NCBI GenBank assembly: GCA_011523395.1
Contig: WTGW01000032.1
Coordinates: 1 to 61,880 of the forward strand
From: Acidimicrobiia bacterium
Lineage (GTDB): Bacteria; Actinomycetota; Acidimicrobiia; Spongiisociales; Spongiisociaceae
Direction of reading: 5' to 3'
DNA length: 61,880 nucleotides
Part shown: positions 19,338 to 28,943 of the stretch, in pieces
Layout: the number at the start of each line of letters is the position of its first letter
Position numbering within the stretch: position 1 is the stretch's first letter
Program-made: the position numbers and the translations under genes
Notes under the pieces: model-generated
What the model was told of the DNA's origin: nothing
Seen by the model: only the letters and a program-made list of their open reading frames with translations
Database searches by the model: none

Positions 19338-20243
19338 ATGAGCAAAGCACTTGAACCGGATTCACTCGCAATCCAGGTCGATGGCTACCTGGCTGTTCTG
19401 TCGGTGGAGCGGGGTCTCAGCGACAACACCATCACCGCCTACCGGCGCGACCTGGATCATTACCTTGACTTCCTGGGTGACCGGACCGCCGCGCCGGAAC
19501 TGGTGGACGAATTCCTGGCCTGCCTCCATCAGGATGGCATGCGTTCCACCACCATCGCTCGGAAGCTGGCCGCGGTGCGAGGCTTTCACCGGTTCCTGGT
19601 GGCTGAGGACCAGGCACAGGAAGACCCCACCCGGTTCACCGAGACACCAAGGACCCGGATGGGCTTCCCCAAGGCCCTCGATGTCCACGAGGCTATCCGG
19701 CTGGTGGAGGCGCCACCGTCGGACACGGCGCTCGGAAGGCGCGACCGGGCACTACTGGAGACCCTGTACGGCACCGCTGTCCGGGTCAGCGAGCTGGTCG
19801 ACCTCGATCTGACCGATCTGGACATCGACACGCTGAGCGCGATGGTCACCGGCAAGGGCGGCAAGCAACGACTCGTACTCCTGGGCAAGCCGGCCGGCCG
19901 GGCCATAGGCGCCTACCTGCCCGACCGGCTCGAGATGTGCCGGAGCCGGAGGGATCATGACGCCTTGTTCGTGAACGCCCGCGGCGGGCGGCTGACCCGC
20001 CAGGGCGTCTTCGGGATCGTTCGCGCCCATGCCGAGGCGGTGGGCATACCCCGGACCCGCATCTCGCCCCACGTGCTCCGCCACTCGGCCGCGACCCACA
20101 TGGTGGAGAGGGGCGCCGATCTCCGCACCGTGCAGGAAATGCTCGGGCACGCCAGCCTCTCCACCACCCAGGTCTACACCCGGATGTCACTCCAGCACCT
20201 GCACGAGGTGTACGTGGAGGCCCATCCCAGAGCCCTGCGGTAG
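19338..20243 (+). CDS. xerD: Site-specific tyrosine recombinase XerD
   Basis: Start at ATG 19338. Contains the SAM-like N-terminal domain and the catalytic region ISPHVLRHSAATHMVERGADLRTVQEMLGHASLSTTQVYT. Position after pyrG matches mycobacterial xerD. Confidence 0.85.
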   Translation: MSKALEPDSLAIQVDGYLAVLSVERGLSDNTITAYRRDLDHYLDFLGDRTAAPELVDEFLACLHQDGMRSTTIARKLAAVRGFHRFLVAEDQAQEDPTRFTETPRTRMGFPKALDVHEAIRLVEAPPSDTALGRRDRALLETLYGTAVRVSELVDLDLTDLDIDTLSAMVTGKGGKQRLVLLGKPAGRAIGAYLPDRLEMCRSRRDHDALFVNARGGRLTRQGVFGIVRAHAEAVGIPRTRISPHVLRHSAATHMVERGADLRTVQEMLGHASLSTTQVYTRMSLQHLHEVYVEAHPRALR

Positions 20244-20256
20244 GGGAGCACCCAGG

Positions 20257-20793
20257 ATGTCCGGCAGCCCCGGAACGCCACGGGTGAAGGGACCGAGGAT
20301 GCGCCCCCTCCACCTGGCGGGCCGCCTGCTCGACGTCACTCTCTCCCGGTCGCTGAGACCGGGGGAGCAGACCGAGGTGGCGACGTTGTTGACGACCGAT
20401 GCGGAACGGTCGATGTACTGGGACCAGCCGCGGGCCGATCAGCGCCACGGGTTGGCCGCGGCTCGGCTGGTCCGGTCAGCCCGGCCCGGCCGGACCGACC
20501 TGGTTCGGGCGGCGTTGCTGCACGACGTGGGAAAGCGCCACTCCCGGCTGGGACCGATGGGACGGTCCATGGCGACCGTCCTGGGCCGGCTCGGCAACAG
20601 GGGGTCGGCAAGGTTCGCCGACTACCTGGACCACGGCCGGATCGCCGCCCTGGAGCTGGGTCGGTCGGGCGCCGAACCGCTGGTGGTCGCCTTCGCGCTC
20701 CATCACCACCGCGACCGTCCCGAGGAGATCTCTCGCGAGGACTGGGAACTGCTCCAGGCGGCCGATCGCGCTGTTTTAGTTTCTAGTTCCTAG
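20257..20793 (+). CDS. HD-domain protein (metal-dependent phosphohydrolase-like)
   Basis: Contains RHGLAAARLV ... AALLHDVGK. Start is ATG 20257 or 20299. The stop codon lies inside the TAGTTNN heptamer array. Confidence 0.6.
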   Translation: MSGSPGTPRVKGPRMRPLHLAGRLLDVTLSRSLRPGEQTEVATLLTTDAERSMYWDQPRADQRHGLAAARLVRSARPGRTDLVRAALLHDVGKRHSRLGPMGRSMATVLGRLGNRGSARFADYLDHGRIAALELGRSGAEPLVVAFALHHHRDRPEEISREDWELLQAADRAVLVSSS

Positions 20794-20986
20794 TTGTTAG
20801 TTGCTAGTTTGTATTGAATTATGCTGATAACTGTGTAGTGCCAGTGGCCGGTGACCAGTGGCCAGTGGCGACTCGGGGAACGGTCAAGTTCCTTGTGGCC
20901 CTTAAGGCTGTTGGTTGTCCGTCCTCCTCCCTGGGTTACAACATTCACTGACCACTGCCCACTGCCCACTGGACTGAGCATCTAGG
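20777..20986 (-). repeat. Heptamer-armed hairpin element, copy 3 (inverted orientation, with an extra TAGTTNN x5 array)
   Basis: The reverse complement reads cctagatg, CAGTGGG CAGTGGG CAGTGGT CAGTGA, ATGTTGTAACCC core, then GCCACTG GCCACTG GTCACCG GCCACTG. On the + strand, TAGTTTC TAGTTCC TAGTTGT TAGTTGC TAGTTTG lies at 20777-20811. Confidence 0.9.
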
Positions 20987-21084
20987 AGGGAGTTGAGAAC
21001 GCATCGCCCCACCGGATCGGTGTTCCTCGGTTTCCGCGAGACCGGCGCCTACCATCAGCGTATGACGAGTCGAGGCGTGCCGGC

Positions 21085-21843
21085 ATGACGTACGAGGTGG
21101 AGACTCCCGTCTTCGTGGGTCCTCTCGAACTGCTCCTCAAGTTGGTCAGCCGCCGTCATGTCGACGTCATGGAGGTCAACATCTCCCGCGTCATCGAGGA
21201 TTACCTGGCCTCCATCGAGGAGAAGGAGGTCAACCTCGAACTGGCCTCCAGTTTCGTCCTGATGGCGGCGATGCTCATCCACCTCAAGGCCCGTTTCCTG
21301 TTGCCGGAGCCCGACCAGTTGGACCTCGAGGACGAGATGGACCTGCTCGACCAGCGGGACCGGCTGCTGGCCCGTCTGCTCGGCTTCCTTACCTACCAGG
21401 GCGTCGCGACGGTCCTCCGTGAGCGCTTGAGGCAGGGTGCGCAGTACGTGGGCCGCTCCGTCGGCATCGACCAGGATCTCGGCACCCGGCACCCGCCGTC
21501 CCTACCGGAAGGGGTGACACCGGCCGCGCTGGCCGAGATCATGACCTCGCTCGGCGAGGAAGTACGCGCCGAGGTTGAGATCCCGATGGACCACTTCGAT
21601 CTCGATCTCCCGTCGGTCGAGGACGCCATCGCCGCGATCCGGAGGAGGGTGGCCGCGGAGCTGGAGTCCACCTTCGAGCGGCTGGTGGCTCACTGCTCGA
21701 ACAGGGCGGAGGTGGCGGCGTACTTCCTGGCGATCCTGGAGCTGGCCCGATGGGGATTGGTATCCGTGTCCCAGGAGGATCCGGAGGACATCTCGGTCCG
21801 TCACTCCGACGCCAGCCCCGCCGGTGGCCGGGTCGGCCTGTGA
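21085..21843 (+). CDS. scpA: Segregation and condensation protein A
   Basis: 252 aa, FVGPLELLLKLVSRRHVDVMEVNISRVIEDYL N-terminus. Followed by an overlapping scpB. Confidence 0.9.
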   Translation: MTYEVETPVFVGPLELLLKLVSRRHVDVMEVNISRVIEDYLASIEEKEVNLELASSFVLMAAMLIHLKARFLLPEPDQLDLEDEMDLLDQRDRLLARLLGFLTYQGVATVLRERLRQGAQYVGRSVGIDQDLGTRHPPSLPEGVTPAALAEIMTSLGEEVRAEVEIPMDHFDLDLPSVEDAIAAIRRRVAAELESTFERLVAHCSNRAEVAAYFLAILELARWGLVSVSQEDPEDISVRHSDASPAGGRVGL

Positions 21844-22418
21844 ACACTCCCGCCGCCCTCGAAGCGATCCTCTTCGTCGCCGAGCATCCCGTTCCGGAGT
21901 CCGAGCTGGCCCAGGTCCTGGAGACACCGCTGACCACGGTCAGGGACGTTTTGAACAACTGGGCGCGCGAGTTGGAGGCCGATGACCGCGGTATCGCGCT
22001 CCGCCACGTGGCGGGCGGGTGGCGCCTCTACACCAAACCGGAGGCACTGCCGTACCTGGAGCGTTTCGCCACCACCGACGACGGAGCCCGGCTGTCGCCG
22101 GCCGCCCTCGAGGTGCTGGCCGTGGTGGCGTACCGCCAACCTGTCACCCGCGGCCAGATCTCCGAGCTGCGCGGGGTCGACTCCGCCTCCGCCCTCCGGA
22201 CCCTGGTACGCCGCGGCCTGGTCGCCGAGGAGGGCCGGCTCTCCACGCCCGGCAATCCAGCCATCTACGGCACCACCGGACGCTTCCTCGAAGCCCTGGG
22301 CATGGCGTCCCTGGCCGATCTGCCGCCCCTCACGGACCACATGCCCGCGCCCGAGATGGCGGAGGCGCTGGACCGCCCGCCGACCCGTTCCGGTGAGCTC
22401 CCGACCACCGAGGGCTGA
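21840..22418 (+). CDS. scpB: Segregation and condensation protein B
   Basis: GTG 21840 overlaps the scpA stop. Contains ALEAILFVAEHPV and EVLAVVAYRQPVTRGQISELRGV winged-helix motifs. Confidence 0.88.
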   Translation: MNTPAALEAILFVAEHPVPESELAQVLETPLTTVRDVLNNWARELEADDRGIALRHVAGGWRLYTKPEALPYLERFATTDDGARLSPAALEVLAVVAYRQPVTRGQISELRGVDSASALRTLVRRGLVAEEGRLSTPGNPAIYGTTGRFLEALGMASLADLPPLTDHMPAPEMAEALDRPPTRSGELPTTEG

Positions 22419-23160
22419 ACGCCTTCAGAAGGTGATCGCCAGGAGCGGTCTGGCCTCCCGCCGGGTGGCCGATTCGATGATCCTGGACGGTCGGGTGCGC
22501 GTGGACGGGCAGACCGCCGTCCCCGGCCAGAGGGTGGATCCCGGCCGGGCCCAGGTGGTGGTCGACGGGGTCCCGCTCCCGGTCGATCCCGACCTGGTCT
22601 ACTACCTGCTGCACAAGCCGTTGGGGGTGATCAGCACCACCAGCGACCCCCACGGCCGGACGCCGGTGGTCGACCTGGTTCCGTCCCATCCCAAGGTGTA
22701 CCCCGTCGGACGCCTCGATGCGGACTCGACCGGGCTCCTGCTCCTGACCAACGACGGCTCCTTCGCCAACCTCGTCGCCCATCCGCGCTCAGGCATCACC
22801 AAGACCTACGAGGTGCTGGTTCGGGGGAATCCATCCCAGGCCGACCTGACCCGGCTCCGCGATGGCATCGAGTTGGCCGACGGGATGGCCGTGCCGGTGG
22901 CGGTGCGTAGGATCGGTGCGGCAGGAGGACGCTCCCATCTCGAGTTGATCATGGCCGAAGGACGCAACCGGGAGGTTCGCCGGCTGTGCGCGGCGGCCGG
23001 TTACCCGGTGGTACGCCTCCACAGGGTGGCCATCGGCCCCCTCCGCGACCGGGCGCTCAAGCCCGGGGATTGGCGGAACCTCGACGTGAACGAGGTGCGG
23101 GCGTTCCATCGGGACGCAAGCAAGGGACTACGGGTCCATCACGGCGGGACGCCCGGATGA
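22393..23160 (+). CDS. rluB: Pseudouridine synthase, RluB/RsuA family
   Basis: S4 domain (RLQKVIARSGLASRRVADSMILDGRVRVDG) and catalytic GRLDADSTGLLLLTNDG. There is no ATG, so GTG 22393 is proposed as the start. Confidence 0.82.
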   Translation: MSSRPPRAERLQKVIARSGLASRRVADSMILDGRVRVDGQTAVPGQRVDPGRAQVVVDGVPLPVDPDLVYYLLHKPLGVISTTSDPHGRTPVVDLVPSHPKVYPVGRLDADSTGLLLLTNDGSFANLVAHPRSGITKTYEVLVRGNPSQADLTRLRDGIELADGMAVPVAVRRIGAAGGRSHLELIMAEGRNREVRRLCAAAGYPVVRLHRVAIGPLRDRALKPGDWRNLDVNEVRAFHRDASKGLRVHHGGTPG

Positions 23161-24410
23161 ACACCTATGAAGTGAGGCCTCGAACGGTTGCCGACCGCAC
23201 GGTCAGGCCGCCGGGCTCCAAGAGCATCACCAACCGAGCCCTGATAGCCGCCGCCCTCGCCGCGGGTGAATCCGGCCTCGCCAACCCGCTCCGGAGCGAC
23301 GACACCGCCGCCATGATCGGATGCCTCCGGAATCTTGGTGTCCATGTCTCGGAAGCGGGTGATGGGTTGATGGTGCGATCCGACGGTGTGCTCCGGGGCG
23401 GAGGGCGCCTGGACGCGCGAGCCTCCGGAACGACCGCCCGCTTCGTCACCGCCGCCGCCGCGCTCGCCGACGGTCCGAGCGTCATCGACGGGACTGCCCG
23501 GATGCGGGAGCGACCCATCGGGCCCCTCGTGGCGGCGCTCCGGGGTCTCGGCGCGGAAGTCGACGCCGACCGGGACGGCTCGTACCCGCCGGTCCGGACA
23601 TCCGGAGGGGGTATCCGGGGCGGCCGGATCACGATCGACGGGACCGTTTCCAGCCAGTTCATCTCGGCCGTGCTGCTCAGCTCACCGCGCGCGGCGCGGA
23701 CCGTGACGATCGGGCTGTCCGAGGGGACGGTGTCCCGCCCCTACCTGACCACCACGTTGGAGGTCATGGCCTCCTTCGGGGCCGATGCCCGCTGGATCGA
23801 CCCCGACACGATCACCGTCGCTCCCACCGGCTACCGGCCGGCCTCATTCGAGGTGGAGGCCGACGCGTCCGCCGCCGTCTACCCTTGGGCGGCCGCCGCC
23901 GTCACCGGCGCCACCATCACGGTGGCCGGCATCCACCCCCGCAGTACCCAGGCCGACATGGCCGCCCTGGGCGTGCTGGAGGGCATGGGATCGGTGGTGA
24001 CCACCTCCGGCCGGGGGATCGCGGTGACCGGCCCTCCGCGCCTGGAGGGCGTCGACGCCGACCTCAACCATTGCCCGGACGCGGCACTCGGCCTGGCGGT
24101 GGTCGCCACGTTCGCGCGCTCGTCCACACGGTTCACCAACATCGCCAACCTCCGTGTGAAGGAGACCGACCGGCTGGCCGCCCTCGAGGCCGAGCTCACC
24201 AGGCTGGGCGCCCGGGTGGAGACAGGGGCTGACTGGATCGAGATCCATCCCGGTCCACCCCGCCCGGCGCGCATCCGCACCTACGACGACCACCGGATGG
24301 CCATGTCCTTCGCTATCGCGGGCCTGGTCCGGCCCGGAATCGTCATCGAGGACCCGGACTGCGTGGCCAAGACCTGGCCCGGGTTCTTCGACATGCTCGA
24401 GAGCCTGTGA
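23157..24410 (+). CDS. aroA: 3-phosphoshikimate 1-carboxyvinyltransferase (EPSP synthase)
   Basis: ATG 23157 overlaps the rluB stop. Contains PPGSKSITNRALIAAAL and NLRVKETDRLAALEAEL motifs. Confidence 0.92.
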   Translation: MNTYEVRPRTVADRTVRPPGSKSITNRALIAAALAAGESGLANPLRSDDTAAMIGCLRNLGVHVSEAGDGLMVRSDGVLRGGGRLDARASGTTARFVTAAAALADGPSVIDGTARMRERPIGPLVAALRGLGAEVDADRDGSYPPVRTSGGGIRGGRITIDGTVSSQFISAVLLSSPRAARTVTIGLSEGTVSRPYLTTTLEVMASFGADARWIDPDTITVAPTGYRPASFEVEADASAAVYPWAAAAVTGATITVAGIHPRSTQADMAALGVLEGMGSVVTTSGRGIAVTGPPRLEGVDADLNHCPDAALGLAVVATFARSSTRFTNIANLRVKETDRLAALEAELTRLGARVETGADWIEIHPGPPRPARIRTYDDHRMAMSFAIAGLVRPGIVIEDPDCVAKTWPGFFDMLESL

Positions 24411-25087
24411 ACGCCGCCGCGGAGCCGGTGGTGGCCATCGACGGGCCCGGCGGGGTCGGCAAGACCACGGTCTCCCGAGGGGTGGCGCGGGCACTCGGCT
24501 ACCAGAGCCTCGACACCGGTGCCTTCTACCGGGCCGCAGCCCTGCTGGTGAGACTCCACCGGACCGATCCGGAGGACGAGGCCGCGGTCGCGGCGGTGCT
24601 GGCCGGCGCCGATCTCGACTATCGGGACGGCGTCATGCTCGTCGAAGGCGTCGACGTCAGCACAGCCATTCGCACGGAGAGCATCACCGCCGCATCGTCC
24701 CGCCTGGCGCGGCTTCCGGGTCTCCGGCTGGTGCTCGTGGAGCGCCAGCGGGCCTGGGTGGCGGTACGGGGGGGTCGAGCGGTCGTCGAGGGGCGCGACA
24801 TCGGAACCGTCGTCTTCCCGGGCGCAGCCGTCAAGGTCTATCTCGACGCCCCGCCCGACGTGAGGGCTCGCCGCAGGGCCGGACAGACCTCGGCCAGGCT
24901 CCCGGAAGTCGCCACGCAACTGGGGAGGCGGGACCGGCTCGACTCGACTCGGGCCACTTCCCCTCTTGCCCCGGCGCAGGACGCGGTGGCCATCGACACC
25001 CACGCCCTAACCGCCGACCAGGTCATAGCCCGGGTGCTGGACCTCTGCCGCGGTCGGGGCATCGAGCCCGCCGGCCACCCCGCCTAA
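24407..25087 (+). CDS. cmk: Cytidylate kinase
   Basis: P-loop IDGPGGVGKTT. GTGA overlap with aroA. cmk-der synteny. Confidence 0.9.
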   Translation: MNAAAEPVVAIDGPGGVGKTTVSRGVARALGYQSLDTGAFYRAAALLVRLHRTDPEDEAAVAAVLAGADLDYRDGVMLVEGVDVSTAIRTESITAASSRLARLPGLRLVLVERQRAWVAVRGGRAVVEGRDIGTVVFPGAAVKVYLDAPPDVRARRRAGQTSARLPEVATQLGRRDRLDSTRATSPLAPAQDAVAIDTHALTADQVIARVLDLCRGRGIEPAGHPA

Positions 25088-25125
25088 GGACGGCCCCGGC
25101 CCCGGGACTAGAATCCGCGGCACGG

Positions 25126-26496
25126 GTGCATATTCATAGCCGGCATCCGCAAGACGCACGGCGGTTCCTCTTGTCCCTTCCCAAACCTCTCGTCGCCATC
25201 GTGGGCCGACCGAACGTTGGAAAGTCGACCCTGGCCAACCGCATCGTGGGTCGCCGAGCGGCGGTAGTGCAGGAGAAGCCGGGGGTCACCCGGGACCGGC
25301 GCGAGTTCCCGGCAGAGTGGAACGCCCGGAGCTTCACGGTGGTCGACACCGGCGGGTGGCAGCAGGGCAAGGATGCCGATCTGATCGAGGACATCTGCCT
25401 CCAGGCCGAGATGGCCATCTCCGCCGCCGATCTGATCCTGTTCGTGGTCGACGCCCAGGGGGAGATCACTTCCGACGACGCGGCGGTCGCCCGGCTGCTG
25501 CGACCCGCGACCGGTCGTGTGGTGATGGTGGCCAACAAGGCCGACAACGACGCCCTGTCCAGGGAGTCGGCGGCCTTCACCCGGCTGGGCCTGGGGGAAC
25601 CCATGCCGGTGTCGGCCATCCACGGCCATGGAGTGGCCGACCTGCTGGACGTCCTGGTCCGGCGCCTACCGGACCCTCCGGACGGCGACTTGGTAGAGGA
25701 CGCCGTGCCCGACGTGGCGGTGATAGGACGCCCCAACGTGGGGAAGTCCACCCTGCTCAACCGGCTGGTCGGGGACGAGCGCGTGCTGGTCTCGCCCGTA
25801 CCCGGCACCACCCGGGACCCGATCGACGTGATGGTCGAACTGGACGGTGCCGCCTACCGGCTCATCGACACCGCCGGCATGCGCCGCAAGCCGAAGATGT
25901 CGGAGGACGTCGAGTTCTTCTCGGTGCTGAGGGCGCGGGAGGTGCTACGGCGCGCTCACGCCGCCCTCCTGATGGTGGACGCGACAGACGGTGTCACCCA
26001 CCAGGACCAGCGAATAGCCCGCCTGGCCGCAGACTCGGGCGCGGCGTTGGTGATCCTGGCCAACAAGTGGGACGCGGCCGACCTCGAGCAGAGGGAGCAG
26101 ACCACGTACGAGCTGGGCGCCAGGCTGGGTTTCGCCGGCTGGGCCCCGGTTCTCCGCATCTCGGCCCTCACCGGGGCGCGCCTGCACCGGCTGGGTCCAG
26201 CGCTCGAGACGGTGCTCGAGAACCGATCCCGCCGTATTCCGACCGGCGTACTCAACCGGCTCATCACCGAGATGGCGGCCGAGCACCCTCCTCCCGTGAG
26301 GAGAGGCCGGCGCCCCAGGATCCTCTTCGCCGCGCAATCCCGGTCGGTCCCTCCCACCATCGCCTTGTTCGCCAAGGGAAAGCTCGACCGCCCATACCTG
26401 CGATTCATCGAGAGGCGGCTCCGCCAGGCCTACGACTTCACGGGCACACCGGTTCGGATAGTGGTGCGGCGGGGAGGTGGGCGCGGCGGCCGATGA
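25126..26496 (+). CDS. der: Ribosome-associated GTPase Der (EngA)
   Basis: Two tandem GTPase domains (GRPNVGKST twice, DTGG/DTAG) plus a KH-like C-terminus. TTG 25171 is a possible alternative start. Confidence 0.93.
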   Translation: MHIHSRHPQDARRFLLSLPKPLVAIVGRPNVGKSTLANRIVGRRAAVVQEKPGVTRDRREFPAEWNARSFTVVDTGGWQQGKDADLIEDICLQAEMAISAADLILFVVDAQGEITSDDAAVARLLRPATGRVVMVANKADNDALSRESAAFTRLGLGEPMPVSAIHGHGVADLLDVLVRRLPDPPDGDLVEDAVPDVAVIGRPNVGKSTLLNRLVGDERVLVSPVPGTTRDPIDVMVELDGAAYRLIDTAGMRRKPKMSEDVEFFSVLRAREVLRRAHAALLMVDATDGVTHQDQRIARLAADSGAALVILANKWDAADLEQREQTTYELGARLGFAGWAPVLRISALTGARLHRLGPALETVLENRSRRIPTGVLNRLITEMAAEHPPPVRRGRRPRILFAAQSRSVPPTIALFAKGKLDRPYLRFIERRLRQAYDFTGTPVRIVVRRGGGRGGR

Positions 26497-26636
26497 CCAA
26501 TCCGACCGGCCCCGACCCGGACCGCCGTCCCCCCGGCGCGCCGCTCAGCTTCAAGCTGATGGTGGCGCTGGCAGCGCTGTACCTGGGCTGGCGTCTGGTC
26601 GAGGGAGTGATCGCCCTCTACCGGTGGGTCTTCTGA
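26493..26636 (+). CDS. Small hypothetical membrane protein (47 aa)
   Basis: ATGA overlap with the der stop. One hydrophobic helix (FKLMVALAALYLGWRLVEGVIALY). No homology is recognisable by eye. Confidence 0.4.
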   Translation: MTNPTGPDPDRRPPGAPLSFKLMVALAALYLGWRLVEGVIALYRWVF

Positions 26637-26649
26637 GAGCGGAAACGGA

Positions 26650-26726
26650 TGGTCGGGCTGGCGGGATTTGAACCCACGACCTCTTGACCCCCAGTCAAGC
26701 GCGCTACCAAGCTGCGCCACAGCCCG
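26650..26726 (-). tRNA. tRNA-Pro (anticodon GGG), CCA encoded
   Basis: The reverse complement folds as a cloverleaf: acceptor CGGGCTG/CAGCCCG, anticodon arm CTTGA-CTGGGGG-TCAAG, T-arm GTGGG-TTCAAAT-CCCGC, 3' ACCA. Confidence 0.93.
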
Positions 26727-26893
26727 TATTCGCAGAGTGTATCACCCGGCCTCCCGGCTTTGTGGGCCCGTGGTCTGTCAACGAAACAGCCACGCGTGTC
26801 ATGGCGGTCGTCGGCGCCCCGGCGCTGCCTAGGCCAAGCCACACCGCCATCCCACTAGCCTCCCAGCCGACGCCGAAAGGGGAGACCAGGGCC

Positions 26894-28924
26894 ATGCCGG
26901 TCAGGGGGAAGTTCCAAGCATCCATCCGGCCGGTCATAGCGGCGGTGCTGCTGGCGATGGCTGCTTACGCGTGCGGGGGCCCGGGCAGTCCGGGTGAGAC
27001 GGCCGCTACGACTCCGGCGACCACCCAGGCGCCGGCGACTGACGGCCAGACCACGTCGACATCCGCCCCTCCCTCCACGGGAGCCGGGGAGACATCCGGG
27101 CCACCGGACACCGCGGCGCCGCCGGCCGGCTTCACCTACAAGGTCGCCATCTTCAGCAACCCGACCACCGACAATCCGTGGGCCTACTTCGACACGGAGC
27201 CGGACGTGTGGAACCAGTACACCCTGGCCGGCACCCTCCCGTCCCTGTACGGGTCCGCCTTCCCGACTTTCACCATCGTTCCCGTTCTGGCTGCGGAGGT
27301 AGAGCCCCCGCAGGGCGCCGCTGACGGCGACCGCTGGGTGATCGATGTGACCATGCGCCCCGGGGCCGAATGGAGCGACAGAACACCGGTCACAGCCCAC
27401 GACGTCGCCTTCACGTTCAATGCCGTGAAGGACCTGGAGATGGGTGGCAACTGGCTCGCCGCCCTTCCCATGGCCCGCCCGGACGATCCCCAGACCGAAG
27501 AGGACGACACCTACGACGGCCTGATCTCGGTGGAGGCGCTGGACGACCGCACGGTGCGTTACACGTGGAGCGCCCGGCCCGGGCTGGCGCAGTGGCAGTT
27601 CGGAGCTGCCCAGTCCCCGATCTTCCCGGAGTCGTTCTGGGGCCCGCACGTCGAGGCCGCCGACGAGGCCGCCGATCTCTACGCCGTATCGGGAATAGCG
27701 GCGCCCTCGGGCGGGCCGATGATCTACGACCGCCGGGAGCCGGGCGCCTTCGTCCGAACCGAGGCCAATCATGCCGTGTTCGGCAGGGGCGACGTCGTGA
27801 CCAGCTACTCGACCGGAGGCGCCACCAGTGAAGGCGCGGCCTCCTGGGAAGTGGGGGACACGTCAGGAGAGGTACTGGCGCGGTGGACGGCAGGGCCGCA
27901 CGCCGCCGCCGCCATCTACTCGGTCTACGACACGCAGGATGCAGCGGTCCTCGCCCTGCGGGACGCCGAGGTGGACTTCATGCTGAACCCCCTCGGTCTC
28001 CAGCGCGGCCTGCAGTCCACCGTCATCGAGGCGGGTGATCTCGACGTGATCGCCAACTCACCCAACGGCTTCCGCTACGTGGCGTTCAACACCCGCCGCT
28101 TCCCCGGATCCGAGCCCTCCTTCCGGCAGGCCATCGCCTGCATCATCGACAAGGAGTTCATGGCCACCAACGTTCTCCAGGGCGTGGCGACGCCGCTCAA
28201 CTCGTTGATCCCGCCCGGCAACACCTACTGGGCCAACCCGGACGTGTTCGTCTGGTGCGGCGGGTTGAGCATGGACGAGCGTGTCAGCATGGCGGTTCAG
28301 ATCCTCAAGGAGGCTGGGTGGACCTGGGAGGTAGAGCCGCAGTGGGACGCGGACAACCAGGACGTTATACCTCAAGGTGAAGGATTGCGCGGTCCTGACG
28401 GCACGGAATTGGAGCCCATGGAACTGCTGGCGCCGGGTCCGGGATACGATCCCTTGCGGGCTACCTACAGCCTGTTCATCGCCGATTGGGCGAACGACCT
28501 GGGCGTCCCCTTGCGGGCGCAGCCGACCGGGTTCTCCGTGATCGTGGACAGAGTGTTCGGTCCGGTCGACTGGGACATGTACATGCTCGGATGGTCCACC
28601 ACCATCTTTCCGGACCACCTGGCCGACTTCTTCGAGACGAGGGCTGATTCGGCAACGACCGGAGGGTTCAACATCCCCGGCTATTCGAATCCCGAGTACG
28701 ACCGGCTGGCACAGGATCTGAAGTCGTCTACCGACCTGGAGGAAGCCGCCGGCATCGCCAGGAGAATGGACGGCATCATCGCTCGCGACGTGCCCTACGT
28801 AGTGCTCTTCGACACCCCGATCCTGGAGGCCTATCGCGACACGCTCGCCTATCCGTCCACGACCGTGCTGAACGGCTTGCAAGGGTTCTCCGGGCTCCCC
28901 GGCTCGGTAAACCTGGCCGAGTAA
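26894..28924 (+). CDS. ABC transporter substrate-binding lipoprotein, family 5 (peptide/nickel type), paralog 1
   Basis: Start at ATG 26894. Lipobox LLAMAAYAC followed by a Pro/Thr-rich linker. The body is roughly two-thirds identical (by eye) to the downstream paralog. Confidence 0.85.
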   Translation: MPVRGKFQASIRPVIAAVLLAMAAYACGGPGSPGETAATTPATTQAPATDGQTTSTSAPPSTGAGETSGPPDTAAPPAGFTYKVAIFSNPTTDNPWAYFDTEPDVWNQYTLAGTLPSLYGSAFPTFTIVPVLAAEVEPPQGAADGDRWVIDVTMRPGAEWSDRTPVTAHDVAFTFNAVKDLEMGGNWLAALPMARPDDPQTEEDDTYDGLISVEALDDRTVRYTWSARPGLAQWQFGAAQSPIFPESFWGPHVEAADEAADLYAVSGIAAPSGGPMIYDRREPGAFVRTEANHAVFGRGDVVTSYSTGGATSEGAASWEVGDTSGEVLARWTAGPHAAAAIYSVYDTQDAAVLALRDAEVDFMLNPLGLQRGLQSTVIEAGDLDVIANSPNGFRYVAFNTRRFPGSEPSFRQAIACIIDKEFMATNVLQGVATPLNSLIPPGNTYWANPDVFVWCGGLSMDERVSMAVQILKEAGWTWEVEPQWDADNQDVIPQGEGLRGPDGTELEPMELLAPGPGYDPLRATYSLFIADWANDLGVPLRAQPTGFSVIVDRVFGPVDWDMYMLGWSTTIFPDHLADFFETRADSATTGGFNIPGYSNPEYDRLAQDLKSSTDLEEAAGIARRMDGIIARDVPYVVLFDTPILEAYRDTLAYPSTTVLNGLQGFSGLPGSVNLAE

Positions 28925-28943
28925 CCACCCCCAGGCCGGGTAG

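Noticed and set aside
19338-20243. The tyrosine recombinase considered as a phage or ICE integrase marking a mobile island, given the adjacent HNH insertion and the nearby repeat element.
   Set aside because: Its sequence and its position after pyrG match housekeeping XerD. No att-like direct repeats, phage genes or tRNA target lie next to it.
26770-26779. A 10-mer GTGGTCTGTC identical to the MITE terminal repeat, located 44 nt from tRNA-Pro.
   Set aside because: It is too short to distinguish from chance in 62 kb on two strands (the rough expectation is not negligible), and no further element-like sequence flanks it.
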